DNA of 64,000 nucleotides from a bacterium (GTDB taxonomy: Bacteria > Patescibacteriota > Microgenomatia > Levybacterales > UBA12049), in assembly GCA_021780675.1 (NCBI GenBank), contig JAJXYH010000013.1, forward strand, positions 593-64,592. The letters run 5' to 3'. Of this stretch, positions 30,875 to 41,120 are shown piece by piece; positions within the stretch are counted from its first letter, which is position 1, and each line of letters begins with the position of its first letter. The notes under the pieces were generated by a model. That model saw nothing but the letters and a program-made list of their open reading frames with translations, was not told the origin of the DNA and ran no database searches. A program made the position numbers and the translations under genes.

Positions 30875-31812
30875 AAAATTCGCATCCGTTACAGACCATG
30901 CTTTGGGCACAATTTAGAACAAACACGGGTATAAAAGTTATAAATTTAAATGATTTATTTATTACAATCCATCCCGTTCCGCACACAAATTATGCAATCG
31001 GATATTTACCAAAAGGGCCTGATGTCACTAAAGAATTATTAGACAGTCTTTGGGAACTGGGTAAAAAGGAAAATTGTATTTTTATTCAAATTGAGCCAAA
31101 TATAGAAAAAGACAATAAAAAATACAATTTCAAAAATTTATTTCCTTCTGCTCATCCACTTTTTACAAAATATAACTTTATTTTAGATTTAACAAAATCA
31201 GAAGATGAGTTATTAAAGAACATGCAACCAAAAACAAGATATAATATACGTCTTGCACAAAAAAGGGGAGTAACCGTAAAAGAGGACAACAGTGATAATG
31301 CGTTTAAAGAGTACATAAACTTAACTAAAGAAACTACTAAAAGGCAGAATTTTTATGCACACACAACAAAATATCATGAAATAATGTGGGATACTTTTAA
31401 AAAAAACAAAAATAATGATCCTGACAATTTTACGCCTCATTTATTAATAGCACGTTACGAAGGTAAAGTATTAACAGCATGGTTATTGTTTTCTTTAAAA
31501 GACACTTTATATTACCCATACGGTGCGTCGACAATTGAACATCGTGAGGTTATGGCTTCAAATTTAATGATGTGGGAAGCCATAAGGTTTGGCAAAAAAA
31601 TGGGTTTGAAAAAATTTGACATGTGGGGGGCGGCAAATGTAGAAACCCCTAAACCAGATAATATATATTATGGATTCCATAAATTTAAATCGGGGTATGG
31701 ACCAAGACACGTCGAATATATGGGAAGTTATGATTTTGCAATAAGAAAAAACTTATATCTTTTTTATAAACTTGCCAATAAGTTAAGGTGGATTATTCTA
31801 AAATTTAGATAA
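30871..31812 (+). CDS. FemAB-family peptidoglycan interpeptide aminoacyl-transferase-like protein.
   Basis: PKTRYNIRLAQKRGV and YYPYGAS blocks are typical of FemX/FemAB. 313 aa. Confidence 0.55.
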   Translation: MKNSHPLQTMLWAQFRTNTGIKVINLNDLFITIHPVPHTNYAIGYLPKGPDVTKELLDSLWELGKKENCIFIQIEPNIEKDNKKYNFKNLFPSAHPLFTKYNFILDLTKSEDELLKNMQPKTRYNIRLAQKRGVTVKEDNSDNAFKEYINLTKETTKRQNFYAHTTKYHEIMWDTFKKNKNNDPDNFTPHLLIARYEGKVLTAWLLFSLKDTLYYPYGASTIEHREVMASNLMMWEAIRFGKKMGLKKFDMWGAANVETPKPDNIYYGFHKFKSGYGPRHVEYMGSYDFAIRKNLYLFYKLANKLRWIILKFR

Positions 31813-32320
31813 TATACAATTTTAATCTATTTTCTTTATCTATTAGTTGTGGCTTTTGATCTTCAATATCATATATAAAACTTACAATTTTTGTTCCTTT
31901 TTTTAATTCTTTTTTAAATTTAGGAAGCAATTTTTTTAATGCTACAGGAACCAAATATACTATTACAACCGTTGCTTCAGATATATTCTCCTTAAAAAAG
32001 TTATCTTTTTTAATAATAACCTTACGTTCTAAATTATTTTTCTTAATCCTTAAGATTGCAATCCAGACCCTTATTGGATCAATCTCTATTCCAACACCTT
32101 TTGCCCCAAGCTTCCCTGTCTGAATAAGAACCTCCCCATCCCCACAACCTAAATCGTAAACTACGTCTTTGGAGGAAATTTTTGCCAGTTTACAGATTGC
32201 CTTAGCAGTTTTAGTATTCGTTCTCCACCATGGTGCCCAAGGACTATCCGGCGGCCAAATCATTGATAAAAAAATCAATAACACAAAAACTATAAAAATG
32301 ATAATTACATTTACTAACAT
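31805..32320 (-). CDS. Membrane-anchored class I SAM-dependent methyltransferase.
   Basis: N-terminal TM helix. Motif I VYDLGCGDG and motif post-I GIEID. Confidence 0.6.
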   Translation of the reverse strand: MLVNVIIIFIVFVLLIFLSMIWPPDSPWAPWWRTNTKTAKAICKLAKISSKDVVYDLGCGDGEVLIQTGKLGAKGVGIEIDPIRVWIAILRIKKNNLERKVIIKKDNFFKENISEATVVIVYLVPVALKKLLPKFKKELKKGTKIVSFIYDIEDQKPQLIDKENRLKLYII

Positions 32321-32604
32321 TAAATAATTTTAAATACTTTACCTAAAATATTTTTACGATCTATGAAGCCAATTTTTCTACTATCTAAACTGTCATTTAT
32401 ATTATCACCAATTACAAAATATTGATTATCTTTAATTTGGGAGATTCGCTTTACCATTTTCTTATTATTGAACTTAAAAGCAACTATATCATTAACTTTG
32501 GGTTCTTTAAATATGTAAAATAAATTACTAACCAGTACGATGTTATTATTTTTAAGTGCAGGTTCCATGCTGTGTCCAATTATTCTTAATTTACCAAGAA
32601 GCAT
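32320..32604 (-). CDS. sodX: S26/S24-type serine peptidase, the NiSOD maturation protease SodX.
   Basis: Catalytic Ser box GHSMEP and downstream KRI(S) Lys dyad. 94 aa. Start lies directly at the stop of sodN. Confidence 0.6.
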   Translation of the reverse strand: MLLGKLRIIGHSMEPALKNNNIVLVSNLFYIFKEPKVNDIVAFKFNNKKMVKRISQIKDNQYFVIGDNINDSLDSRKIGFIDRKNILGKVFKII

Positions 32605-33086
32605 TATTTGTAGATTACTACTTCACCTTCTGTGGGGTAAACAGATTTAATTCTGACCGGAGTAACCTTTTTTGTCTTATAAAAAATTTCCGCTATTTCC
32701 AAAACTCCATAAAGTGCCATGAGTGCCGAATCCATATCTATGTTCTGTCTTGCTTTTGCCGAAGCTCTTAGAGTTTTCACAAATAACTCGTTTAGGTTTT
32801 TGAATTCATTAAAATGTTCATCCTTAAAATAGTCATTTCTAAGTGTTTCCAGTTCTTCTTCTAATAAATCCGAGTGTTTTTCTTTAACATGAGTAATTCT
32901 TGCAATTGTGTGATCTGAAGTTAAATTATCATCTTGTTTTATATCTTGTAACATCTTGGTCATTCTTACTACTGTGTGTGCAGCAAGTTGTGCCTGATGT
33001 GGATCATAAATTCCGCAAGGAATATCACAATGCGCAAAAGCAATGTCTTCTTTTATAAATTTTGTAACAAATTTAATAATGTTCAT
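32604..33086 (-). CDS. sodN: Nickel-containing superoxide dismutase precursor.
   Basis: 18-aa propeptide followed by the Ni-hook HCDIPCGIYDP (His-Cys-x-x-Pro-Cys-Gly-x-Tyr). Four-helix-bundle-length protein, 160 aa. Confidence 0.8.
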   Translation of the reverse strand: MNIIKFVTKFIKEDIAFAHCDIPCGIYDPHQAQLAAHTVVRMTKMLQDIKQDDNLTSDHTIARITHVKEKHSDLLEEELETLRNDYFKDEHFNEFKNLNELFVKTLRASAKARQNIDMDSALMALYGVLEIAEIFYKTKKVTPVRIKSVYPTEGEVVIYK

Positions 33087-33127
33087 TATTTGAAAATAGT
33101 ACTACTTAAAAAAAGAAAAGTCAAAAC

Positions 33128-33739
33128 TTAAAATCCTAAAGCTTCGTTTACTATAATTGCAGTTACCCGGTCTTTTACAGGTTCTTTTGTATAAATAACA
33201 AGCTTACTTACGTTGCTGGGAATCCCATAAAGCTTCTTAAGTCTTTCCGACTCAAGCGGTAAAACATAATCGTATATCCTTCTATTTGCCTCCTCGAGAT
33301 CTTTTACGATTTTTTGCGCACCAATTACCCATATTACCTTTCCGGCGCTAAACACATATGCCGCCATTTGACTCCCTGAATTTGATACAACCAATACTTC
33401 TCCTAACTCTGTTACAGCGTGAACGCTACCAACAATAACTTGAGGAGTTGAACGAAGTTCCCGTATTCTATCAGCATCTTTTTCATGATCTAATGCCATA
33501 TATTCTTTTCTTACCGAAACGATGTTATCCGAATTTTCAATTTCATTCGCAATATCTGTTTGATTAAGAGTTTCCGACTGACTAGCTAAAACCCGTGCTC
33601 CTTGAGGAATTAATTCTAATACTTTTTTCTTTGCCTCCTCGGAAGTTTCTACAAAATATGCATCTATATTTCTGTTTTTAAGATTATTAACTACTTTATG
33701 TATAATATTTTTGTCTGCAACTTTTTTCCAATCATTCAT
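33128..33739 (-). CDS. LUD-domain (LutC/YkgG-like) protein.
   Basis: About 200 aa. The central VIVGSVHAVTELGEVLVVSNSG...VIWVIGAQKIV pattern resembles LUD-domain proteins. Confidence 0.4.
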   Translation of the reverse strand: MNDWKKVADKNIIHKVVNNLKNRNIDAYFVETSEEAKKKVLELIPQGARVLASQSETLNQTDIANEIENSDNIVSVRKEYMALDHEKDADRIRELRSTPQVIVGSVHAVTELGEVLVVSNSGSQMAAYVFSAGKVIWVIGAQKIVKDLEEANRRIYDYVLPLESERLKKLYGIPSNVSKLVIYTKEPVKDRVTAIIVNEALGF

Positions 33740-33755
33740 ATTGACATGATAAACT

Positions 33756-34100
33756 ATGCACTATATAATGTCAAGTAGTTACAATAAGTATAGTATGGGA
33801 AACAGAGATATACAAGAAATTTCAAAAGTTGCAAAAATTATCGGTAGTAAATGGACACTCTCAATAATTAATTCTCTTTTAGAAGGAACTAAAAGGTTTG
33901 GGCAACTACAAAAAGAGGTTGGTGAAATAAACCCTCGAACCTTATCTAAAAGACTGCAAGATCTTGAAAAACAGGGTTACCTTACAAAAAAAGTTTACGC
34001 TCAAGTTCCACCCAAAGTTGAATATTCTTTAACCAAAAAGGGTGGGGTTTTTAAATTAGTAGTAAGTGCCGTTAAAACTTGTGATAATAAGTTAAAATAA
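33756..34100 (+). CDS. HxlR-family winged-helix transcriptional regulator.
   Basis: KWTLSIINSL...RFGQLQ...NPRTLSKRLQDLEKQGYL..K.Y..VPPKVEYSLT matches the HxlR signature. Divergent from the LUD/NiSOD genes. Confidence 0.75.
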   Translation: MHYIMSSSYNKYSMGNRDIQEISKVAKIIGSKWTLSIINSLLEGTKRFGQLQKEVGEINPRTLSKRLQDLEKQGYLTKKVYAQVPPKVEYSLTKKGGVFKLVVSAVKTCDNKLK

Positions 34101-34101
34101 A

Positions 34102-34686
34102 TTATCTATAACGGATATCTTTAAAATCCGCACCTTCTTCATTGAAATGCATCCATCTAATAATAGGTTCTTTTATTGCTTCGCCGTTAACCATTTTTTC
34201 TGTTTTTCCCAAAATAACCCTGACATATAATCCTCTTTCTCCAACGAACTTAAAACTCGCATCATAAAATTCTCCTTCAGCAGGAGGACATACCTCCAAA
34301 GCTGTAGCAGCCCTTTCTTCTATACTGTCCCAACTTGCAGCTTTAGAATTTTCATCTTTATTGGGAATATCCAATGTAGGTATATCTTCAATTTTTTTAT
34401 AGTAAACTATGCCTGACGGAGCCCAAACATCTGTAGGAAGATCCCTTCCTTTAAAATACTCTCCACCATTTCTTATCACCGGCACTTGTTCAGATTTTGG
34501 AGCTACGTAAGTAGATTCCTCACTAGGTTTAGGTGGATTATCAAAAAAACTAACAGGTACGCTCCTAACTTTATCAGGATGATTACCTAATCGTCTTATA
34601 GCTTTTGGCACTCTGCCGGTTGGACCTTCTTCTCCCATACGCAGATTATAACATAATGGGTTGAATGAAAAATATTTTTCCTGCAT
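34102..34686 (-). CDS. Hypothetical protein (194 aa, acidic, no TM).
   Basis: Clean ORF with good codon usage. No motif I can assign with confidence. Confidence 0.35.
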   Translation of the reverse strand: MQEKYFSFNPLCYNLRMGEEGPTGRVPKAIRRLGNHPDKVRSVPVSFFDNPPKPSEESTYVAPKSEQVPVIRNGGEYFKGRDLPTDVWAPSGIVYYKKIEDIPTLDIPNKDENSKAASWDSIEERAATALEVCPPAEGEFYDASFKFVGERGLYVRVILGKTEKMVNGEAIKEPIIRWMHFNEEGADFKDIRYR

Positions 34687-34695
34687 AATTAGTTT

Positions 34696-35697
34696 ATGCT
34701 AGACCTTTTGAATGTTGGTGATACAGTTATTGATATTTTTTTAAGAATATCCGAAGATAATCCCAAATTTAGCCTCGACAAAAACACCAATAAGCTAATG
34801 ATTAATTTTGGGGATAAACTAACTGTTGAAAAATACGTTATTGGACTTGGTGGCAATGCTACTAATACTGCTGTTGGAACAGCAAGACTAGGAATAAAAA
34901 CAGGACTCGTTGCGGAAGCAGGAAACGATGAATTTTCCCAAAAAATTATTAAGTCTTTAAAAGAAGAGGGTGTTGATTCAAAATATGTAATATTTGACAA
35001 TAACAAACAAACCTCAATTACTGTTGCGCTAAGCTACGACGGAGAAAGAACTTTATTTACAGAATATGTAGAAAGAGGACATAAATTCGATTTCGAGGAT
35101 GCAGAAACCAAAATGGTTTACTTAACCAGTTTAGGCAATGTTTGGGAACACGTGTATGGGGAAACCATTGATTTCGTTAATAAAAAACAGACTTTACTTG
35201 CTTTTAACCCGGGGACTGTTCAACTTGAGCATAAAAATAAAACCGTAATTGATGTAATTGAAAAAACAGATTATTTATTTGTGAACAAACAGGAGGCAGA
35301 AGAAATTTTATATGGAAAGGAATTAGGACTTAACAAGGAAACCGACGGAAATTTAATTACAAAATTACTCTTTGGACTTAAGGCTCTTGGAGCAAAAAAT
35401 GTAATTATTACAGATTCGGATAAAGGTTCTTATGTTTATACGAAAGATGATAAAAAATACCATTTAGGAATTGTAAAAGTAGATGTTGTAGAAAAAACCG
35501 GCGCGGGGGATGCTTATACTGCCGGATTTTTGTCTGCAATTTTAAAAGGGCATGATATAAAAGATGCTATGATTTGGGGATCAATTAACTCCTCTGGTGC
35601 AATTCAACAAATTGGATCGCAAAACGGGATGCTAAATGAAGAAAAAATTACCACAATTATAAATTCGCTTTCAAATTTTACTCCCGAAGAGTTATAA
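34696..35697 (+). CDS. PfkB-family (ribokinase-like) carbohydrate/nucleoside kinase.
   Basis: N-terminal GG motif (LGGNATNTAV) and C-terminal GAGDAYTAGF ATP/anion-hole motif. Confidence 0.75.
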   Translation: MLDLLNVGDTVIDIFLRISEDNPKFSLDKNTNKLMINFGDKLTVEKYVIGLGGNATNTAVGTARLGIKTGLVAEAGNDEFSQKIIKSLKEEGVDSKYVIFDNNKQTSITVALSYDGERTLFTEYVERGHKFDFEDAETKMVYLTSLGNVWEHVYGETIDFVNKKQTLLAFNPGTVQLEHKNKTVIDVIEKTDYLFVNKQEAEEILYGKELGLNKETDGNLITKLLFGLKALGAKNVIITDSDKGSYVYTKDDKKYHLGIVKVDVVEKTGAGDAYTAGFLSAILKGHDIKDAMIWGSINSSGAIQQIGSQNGMLNEEKITTIINSLSNFTPEEL

Positions 35698-35719
35698 TTT
35701 TATCCACATATTAACTTTT

Positions 35720-37489
35720 ATGAAAAATATAGTTAAAATTATTAAAATATCAAAACCCCTCCATCCTTTAATAGGTCTTATTTCCTTATTAATTATTATT
35801 TATTCCGTATTAGGCCTTGTGTCTCCTGTTCTTTCTAAATTAATTGTTGATGAAATTGTTAAACATATTCAAAGAAAAAATTCTAGCTTAGACTATCTAA
35901 TTTTTTTAATTTTTATTGCTTTTTTATCAAGTGTATTATCAATTATCTTAAATTCTATCAGCGATCGCCTTGGAGACTATTTGGCAGGCCGACTCAGAAA
36001 ATTCTTAACAGAAAAATTTTATTATAAAATACTTGGACTTCCCCAAAGTTTTTTTGACTCCTCAGTTTCCGGAAAAATTGTTAACCAGCTAAACAGAGGA
36101 ATACAAATAATTCAAGACTTTGCCAACACAGTTACTAGTTTTATATTGCCATCCATTTTACAAACAATATTTACGATTGCTATTTTAGCCTATTATAACG
36201 TTCCAATTGCAATCTTTACTTTTCTTTTATTCCCTATTTACATAATACTTTCTTACTTTTCAATTAAACAGTGGGGAAGATACGAAGAACAAAAAAATAA
36301 AATTGAGGATTTTAATAGAGGTAGGATTCAGGAAGTAATTTTAAACATCCCTCTTGTAAAAAGTTTTAACAACCAATTGGATGAATTTAAACAAGTAGTT
36401 GATAATTTAAGTCAAATTAATACGCTTTATGACAAACAAAGTAATAATTATCATCTTATAGATTTTTTAAGAAATTTTAGCCTAAGTATTATTCTACTTT
36501 TAGTAAATGTTATTGTTTTTTACGGCGCTTTTAAGCAAAGTTTAACCCTAGGAGAAATGGTATTAATTTTACAGCTTATGGGACAAATTAGATCTCCACT
36601 TTTTGCAATGTCATTTATTTTATCTAGAGTACAGGCTGCAGAAAGCGGTTCAAAAGAATTTTTTGAAATATTAAATCTTAAATCTACTGAAGATTTTGAA
36701 AACTATAAACAAACAAAAAAATTAGAAAATGCAGGTATAGAATTTAAGGGGGTTTCGTTTAAATATAAGGATAGCAAAGATGTGTTAAATAATATTTCAT
36801 TTAAACTTAGGGCAAATGAAAAAATTGCTTTGGTTGGGCATAGCGGTGCAGGAAAAACTACAATTATTAATTTAATTATGAAGTTTTATGATCCTATAAA
36901 AGGAGATATTTTTTTAAACAATATTAATTATAAAAATCAGGACGTGAGTTTTATAAGGAATAATATTTCATTGGTTTTTCAAGAAAGTGAACTTTTTTCA
37001 TCCAGCATTAAAGATAATGTTTCTTATGGAAAAAAACTGGCAAGTGAAAAAGAGATAATTAATGCATTAAAACTTGCAAATGCCTATGAATTTGTAGTGG
37101 ATTTTACGGATAAACTTAACACTTTGGTTGGAGAAAAAGGGGTTAAGCTTTCGGGCGGACAAAAACAAAGAATTCAAATAGCAAGAGCTATTCTTAAAGA
37201 TAGTCCAATTGTAATTTTAGATGAAGCAACCAGCTCTTTGGATGCAAAAAGCGAAAGAGATGTTCATGAAGCATTGGAAAACTTAACTAAAAATAAGCTG
37301 GTATTAATAATTGCACACCGTTTTTCAACCATACAAAATGTAGAAAAAATTATTGTACTTGATAAAGGACATATAAGTGATTTCGATACTCCCAAAAATC
37401 TTGCAAATAAGAAAGGTATTTATTCTGAGCTTCTACATTATCAAATTGAGGGAAATAAAAAATTACTTAAAGAATTTGATTTACAGTAA
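35720..37489 (+). CDS. ABC exporter, fused permease/ATPase (MsbA/type I exporter).
   Basis: 6 TM helices, then Walker A GHSGAGKTT, signature LSGGQKQR, Walker B ILDEATS. Confidence 0.85.
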   Translation: MKNIVKIIKISKPLHPLIGLISLLIIIYSVLGLVSPVLSKLIVDEIVKHIQRKNSSLDYLIFLIFIAFLSSVLSIILNSISDRLGDYLAGRLRKFLTEKFYYKILGLPQSFFDSSVSGKIVNQLNRGIQIIQDFANTVTSFILPSILQTIFTIAILAYYNVPIAIFTFLLFPIYIILSYFSIKQWGRYEEQKNKIEDFNRGRIQEVILNIPLVKSFNNQLDEFKQVVDNLSQINTLYDKQSNNYHLIDFLRNFSLSIILLLVNVIVFYGAFKQSLTLGEMVLILQLMGQIRSPLFAMSFILSRVQAAESGSKEFFEILNLKSTEDFENYKQTKKLENAGIEFKGVSFKYKDSKDVLNNISFKLRANEKIALVGHSGAGKTTIINLIMKFYDPIKGDIFLNNINYKNQDVSFIRNNISLVFQESELFSSSIKDNVSYGKKLASEKEIINALKLANAYEFVVDFTDKLNTLVGEKGVKLSGGQKQRIQIARAILKDSPIVILDEATSSLDAKSERDVHEALENLTKNKLVLIIAHRFSTIQNVEKIIVLDKGHISDFDTPKNLANKKGIYSELLHYQIEGNKKLLKEFDLQ

Positions 37490-37490
37490 T

Positions 37491-38060
37491 CTATTTAACG
37501 CTTAGAAGTTCAACTTCAAATATTAAAGTTGAATTGGGTGGGATTGAGCCCGCGGGTTGACTTCCGTAACCTAAATCCGGCGGAATGATAAGTTTTCTCT
37601 TCCCACCGACTTTCATGCCAACTATCCCCTCATCCCAACCTTTAATTACTTGTCCTACTCCAATTCGTGTTGTAAACGGAGTATTTCTGTCATATGAGCT
37701 ATCAAATTTAGTTCCATTTTCAAGTGTGCCTACATAATTAACCATAACTGTATCCCCTGTCTTAGCCTCTTGTCCTGATCCCACAGTTTCATCCATATAT
37801 TTTAACCCGTCTGCTGTCGTTGTGTAATTATCCATACTAGCTCCGTTTGTTGCCTGTGCGTTTTCAGGCTGTGGAGTAATTATAGCAGGTTGTTGAATTG
37901 GTGTAGGGGTTATTTGATTGGTTGGGAAAAGCGTTGGAATTAAATCCATTGGATTTTGTTTGGGAGCCGAGGGACCCTGATTTGATAAAAAGAATATTGC
38001 CCCAATACCAATAAAAATAACAGCAGCGACGATAAAATATGGTACAGCTTTTTTTAACAT
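37491..38060 (-). CDS. FKBP-type peptidyl-prolyl cis-trans isomerase, membrane-anchored or secreted.
   Basis: C-terminal FKBP domain (VNYVGTLENGTKFDSSYDR...GVGQVIKGWDEG). N-terminal signal anchor and Pro/Thr linker. Confidence 0.8.
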   Translation of the reverse strand: MLKKAVPYFIVAAVIFIGIGAIFFLSNQGPSAPKQNPMDLIPTLFPTNQITPTPIQQPAIITPQPENAQATNGASMDNYTTTADGLKYMDETVGSGQEAKTGDTVMVNYVGTLENGTKFDSSYDRNTPFTTRIGVGQVIKGWDEGIVGMKVGGKRKLIIPPDLGYGSQPAGSIPPNSTLIFEVELLSVK

Positions 38061-38103
38061 AGGTGAATAATACTAAAAAAATTAATTTTAGTGAATAGGC
38101 AAT

Positions 38104-38442
38104 TTAATGTTTTCCCAAAAAACCTAAAAAGGTATTTGAAATTGATAATACAATTCCAAATACTAAGGCCGATAAGAATCCATCAACTATAAATCCGGGG
38201 ACAATCCAACCCACCAACAAAATTAAAACCGCATTTAATACAAGAGCAAAAAGACCAAGAGTTAATAAAGTGATCGGAAGTGTCAATATAATTAATAACG
38301 GTTTTAAAACTGCATTAACTACACCCAAAACTAATGCTACAGCTAAGGCAGTAATAAAACCCGAAACATGAACTCCGGGCACAATATATGCCGCAACTAC
38401 TATTACCATTGCCGATATTATCCAGTTTATAAGTATTTTCAT
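38104..38442 (-). CDS. Four-TM small membrane protein of the Phage_holin_4_2 / DUF360 family.
   Basis: 112 aa, four hydrophobic helices with VPG and GF motifs typical of that family. Confidence 0.5.
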   Translation of the reverse strand: MKILINWIISAMVIVVAAYIVPGVHVSGFITALAVALVLGVVNAVLKPLLIILTLPITLLTLGLFALVLNAVLILLVGWIVPGFIVDGFLSALVFGIVLSISNTFLGFLGKH

Positions 38443-38444
38443 CT

Positions 38445-38846
38445 TTATATGTTCTGTTGCCCCTCTTGTCCTCCGGCAGTAACTGACTGAAAAACCGTAC
38501 CAAACAAGGATTCTTGAGCATCTGGACTTACAATTTTATGAATCCTTTCAGAAAGACCGATAACCTCTATTAAATTACCCTGATTAACTGCTCTATTAAC
38601 CTCATCTGCTTGTTCCGTAAGTCCAACTTCCTCCGCAATTCCAATTGCCCGTCTGGCTGTTCGTAAAGCTAATTTTTCTGACAACTCGCTTGCCGAAGAA
38701 ATCCCTAGAGAAAGTCTTAAGCTTGGGTTGGAATCTAGAACTTGTCCTGAAAAATAATCTAAAGCTTCTTTTGGATCTGCCATGTAAAAAAAGTATACAG
38801 CTATATATTTAGGGTTGTCAATAAAATTAACATTCACGATTACCAA
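38445..38846 (-). CDS. Hypothetical cytoplasmic protein.
   Basis: ORF only. Probable true start at the internal Met (MADPKEA). Confidence 0.3.
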   Translation of the reverse strand: MVIVNVNFIDNPKYIAVYFFYMADPKEALDYFSGQVLDSNPSLRLSLGISSASELSEKLALRTARRAIGIAEEVGLTEQADEVNRAVNQGNLIEVIGLSERIHKIVSPDAQESLFGTVFQSVTAGGQEGQQNI

Positions 38847-38870
38847 ATAGAGTAATGTATAATAAACATT

Positions 38871-39425
38871 ATGAAAAATGATGTGGCAACTTTTGCCGGC
38901 GGCTGTTTTTGGTGCACAGAAGCAATATTTAAAAGATTAAAGGGTGTTTACTCTGTAACACCTGGTTATAGTGGAGGGGATATAGAAAATCCTTCTTATG
39001 AAAAGGTTTCCTCGGGAGAAACCGGACATGCAGAAAGTATTCAAATAAAATTTAATCTTGAAGAAATGCCTTATGCAGTACTATTAGAAATTTTCTGGCA
39101 TACCCATGACCCCACTACTATAAACATGCAGGGTAACGATATTGGCACACAATATAGATCGGCAATTTTTTATCATTCTGAAGAACAAAAAAATCAGGCC
39201 CTTGAATCCAAGAAAAAAATTGAAAAAGATAAAATCTATAAAGATCCAATCGTAACTCAAATATTACCTTTTAAGAATTTTTATGAAGCTGAAAATTACC
39301 ATAAAGATTATTATGACCGAAATAAAGATTATCCGTATTGCAATTTTGTAATAAGTCCCAAAATAAAAAAACTTATGGATAAATACAGTAAATTCGTTAA
39401 GAATGAATATTTAGAAAATAACTAG
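38871..39425 (+). CDS. msrA: Peptide-methionine (S)-S-oxide reductase.
   Basis: Active-site GCFWC motif at the N-terminus. Confidence 0.9.
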   Translation: MKNDVATFAGGCFWCTEAIFKRLKGVYSVTPGYSGGDIENPSYEKVSSGETGHAESIQIKFNLEEMPYAVLLEIFWHTHDPTTINMQGNDIGTQYRSAIFYHSEEQKNQALESKKKIEKDKIYKDPIVTQILPFKNFYEAENYHKDYYDRNKDYPYCNFVISPKIKKLMDKYSKFVKNEYLENN

Positions 39426-40649
39426 TTATTTTCTAACAAAAAGAAGAGCGTTTGGTATGTTTCTGCCTGGTCCTGCCTTATAACCTCCGCCATACCAAAG
39501 TGCAGTTGATCCACCTTGATCTAAATTCATTGCATTATCCATTCCTAGCGCCTTTAATACATTTGCGCTTTCTTGCATCGTTGCGTTAAAAACAATTCCT
39601 ATATATGCAGTATTTCCCTTGTTCGCAACAAATGTTCTTGCTGCTTTTGGAGCATATTTTGCATCCCCTCCGCCGGAATAAACAACATTTCCATTATTAA
39701 CTAAAAGTGGGTAATTTGATAAAACCGAATCAACGCTTGTATCTCTTCCCCAAGATAAGGCTTGAGAAACAAATCTGGCATTATTACCATAGAAAATTAC
39801 TGCGGGATTGGTGCTATATACATTATTGGATGAATTAAAATATGTTTTATTTTTATTCATCACTAAAAGATCGAAAGAATTTGTTTTACCCACACAACTA
39901 GGATATTCTGCAGGGCAAAAATAAGAACCGTTAATTCCGGCGTATGCACCGCTTCTGGCAACATAATCTGCAAGCGGCATTACAGGACAATTATTGCCGC
40001 AATCCCCATCCGATGCGGTATCAACAATTACCTTTGTGGAATTTAGGTCGGCAGCAATAATATATACCGTAAAATCTGCTCCGTTTGCAGATACGGACTG
40101 AACAGAAAATCCGTTAGTGGGGGGGGTATTACTCTTAGTAACGTTTTGTGCCGGCGCACTTGCTGCAGCTTGAGCTTTCGCCAGCTCATCTTGTTTTTTC
40201 TTAACGCTATCCGCCAAAGAATTTAATTGAGCCGAGGCTGAAGGATAGTTAATTTCAGATATGTAATTTATTCCCTGCGCCAATTGCTTATCTAAATCGG
40301 ATGTGTCTTGTTTTTGTACTTTTAGGTCTAATATATTTTGATAAATATCAACAACGTCCTTAGATAAACTTTGTATATTGGTAATATTTTTCTTAAGTTG
40401 TTGATTTATTTTATATTGGTCTTGATTTTGTAAATCATTTAATTTACCTGCTGTAACTTTTAATTTATTCGTCAAATCGCTATTAGATCTTTTATAACTA
40501 TTTACATTATTTAACAAATTTACATTAGTAATAACCAATACAACAATTAGTACAGAAATTACTAGAATATCCGGAAGCTGCGTCTTAAATATGTGTTTAA
40601 AATCTAATTGTTTAAAATGTTTGATATATTTAAGTATGTTTAAGACCAC
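39426..40649 (-). CDS. Phosphodiester glycosidase-family (NAGPA/DUF2233) exoprotein with an N-terminal TM anchor and coiled-coil.
   Basis: C-terminal NLDQGGSTAL (family DGGGSS motif). Conserved Cys-rich central region. Confidence 0.55.
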   Translation of the reverse strand: MVLNILKYIKHFKQLDFKHIFKTQLPDILVISVLIVVLVITNVNLLNNVNSYKRSNSDLTNKLKVTAGKLNDLQNQDQYKINQQLKKNITNIQSLSKDVVDIYQNILDLKVQKQDTSDLDKQLAQGINYISEINYPSASAQLNSLADSVKKKQDELAKAQAAASAPAQNVTKSNTPPTNGFSVQSVSANGADFTVYIIAADLNSTKVIVDTASDGDCGNNCPVMPLADYVARSGAYAGINGSYFCPAEYPSCVGKTNSFDLLVMNKNKTYFNSSNNVYSTNPAVIFYGNNARFVSQALSWGRDTSVDSVLSNYPLLVNNGNVVYSGGGDAKYAPKAARTFVANKGNTAYIGIVFNATMQESANVLKALGMDNAMNLDQGGSTALWYGGGYKAGPGRNIPNALLFVRK

Positions 40650-40672
40650 AATTTATTATAGCAAATTATGCT

Positions 40673-41092
40673 TTATCTCTTAAACTTTGGGTAATAATTT
40701 ATTGTTAGAGCAATTACAAAACTTAATAACATTACCAGCTGACAAGTTAAACAAACAGGACAAATAACATGTAGAACAAATATCTCCTGAATCGTTAAAT
40801 AAAGGCAAAATATCATTCCAAATGTTACAATTGCCAAAACTGTTTTAGATTTCCTTAGTATTGATGACAATAATATGCCTATATACCCAAACAAACCAAT
40901 AATTGAAACTGGTATTCCCAAAATGGTTGAAAGAGCACCTTTCGTAACAGCATCGCAATTAACAGAACTATTTATATAGCATGACTCTAATACTGGTTTT
41001 GTTAAATAATTATAAAAAAGATACAGTGCAAGTAGTATTCCTATTACAGATAGAGTAGTCAAAACTTTCCAAATATTCAGTTTACTTAACAT
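40673..41092 (-). CDS. Vitamin K epoxide reductase (VKOR) family thiol-disulfide oxidoreductase.
   Basis: 4 TM helices. Loop cysteines (CYINSSVNC) and active-site CPVC in the last helix. Confidence 0.7.
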   Translation of the reverse strand: MLSKLNIWKVLTTLSVIGILLALYLFYNYLTKPVLESCYINSSVNCDAVTKGALSTILGIPVSIIGLFGYIGILLSSILRKSKTVLAIVTFGMIFCLYLTIQEIFVLHVICPVCLTCQLVMLLSFVIALTINYYPKFKR

Positions 41093-41120
41093 AATTTTAT
41101 ATTCTCAATAAAAACATTAT

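Noticed and set aside
34102-34686. Possible assignment of the 194-aa protein to a DUF427 or molybdopterin-oxidoreductase-like family.
   Set aside because: Motif resemblance was too weak to defend without a profile search. Left as hypothetical.
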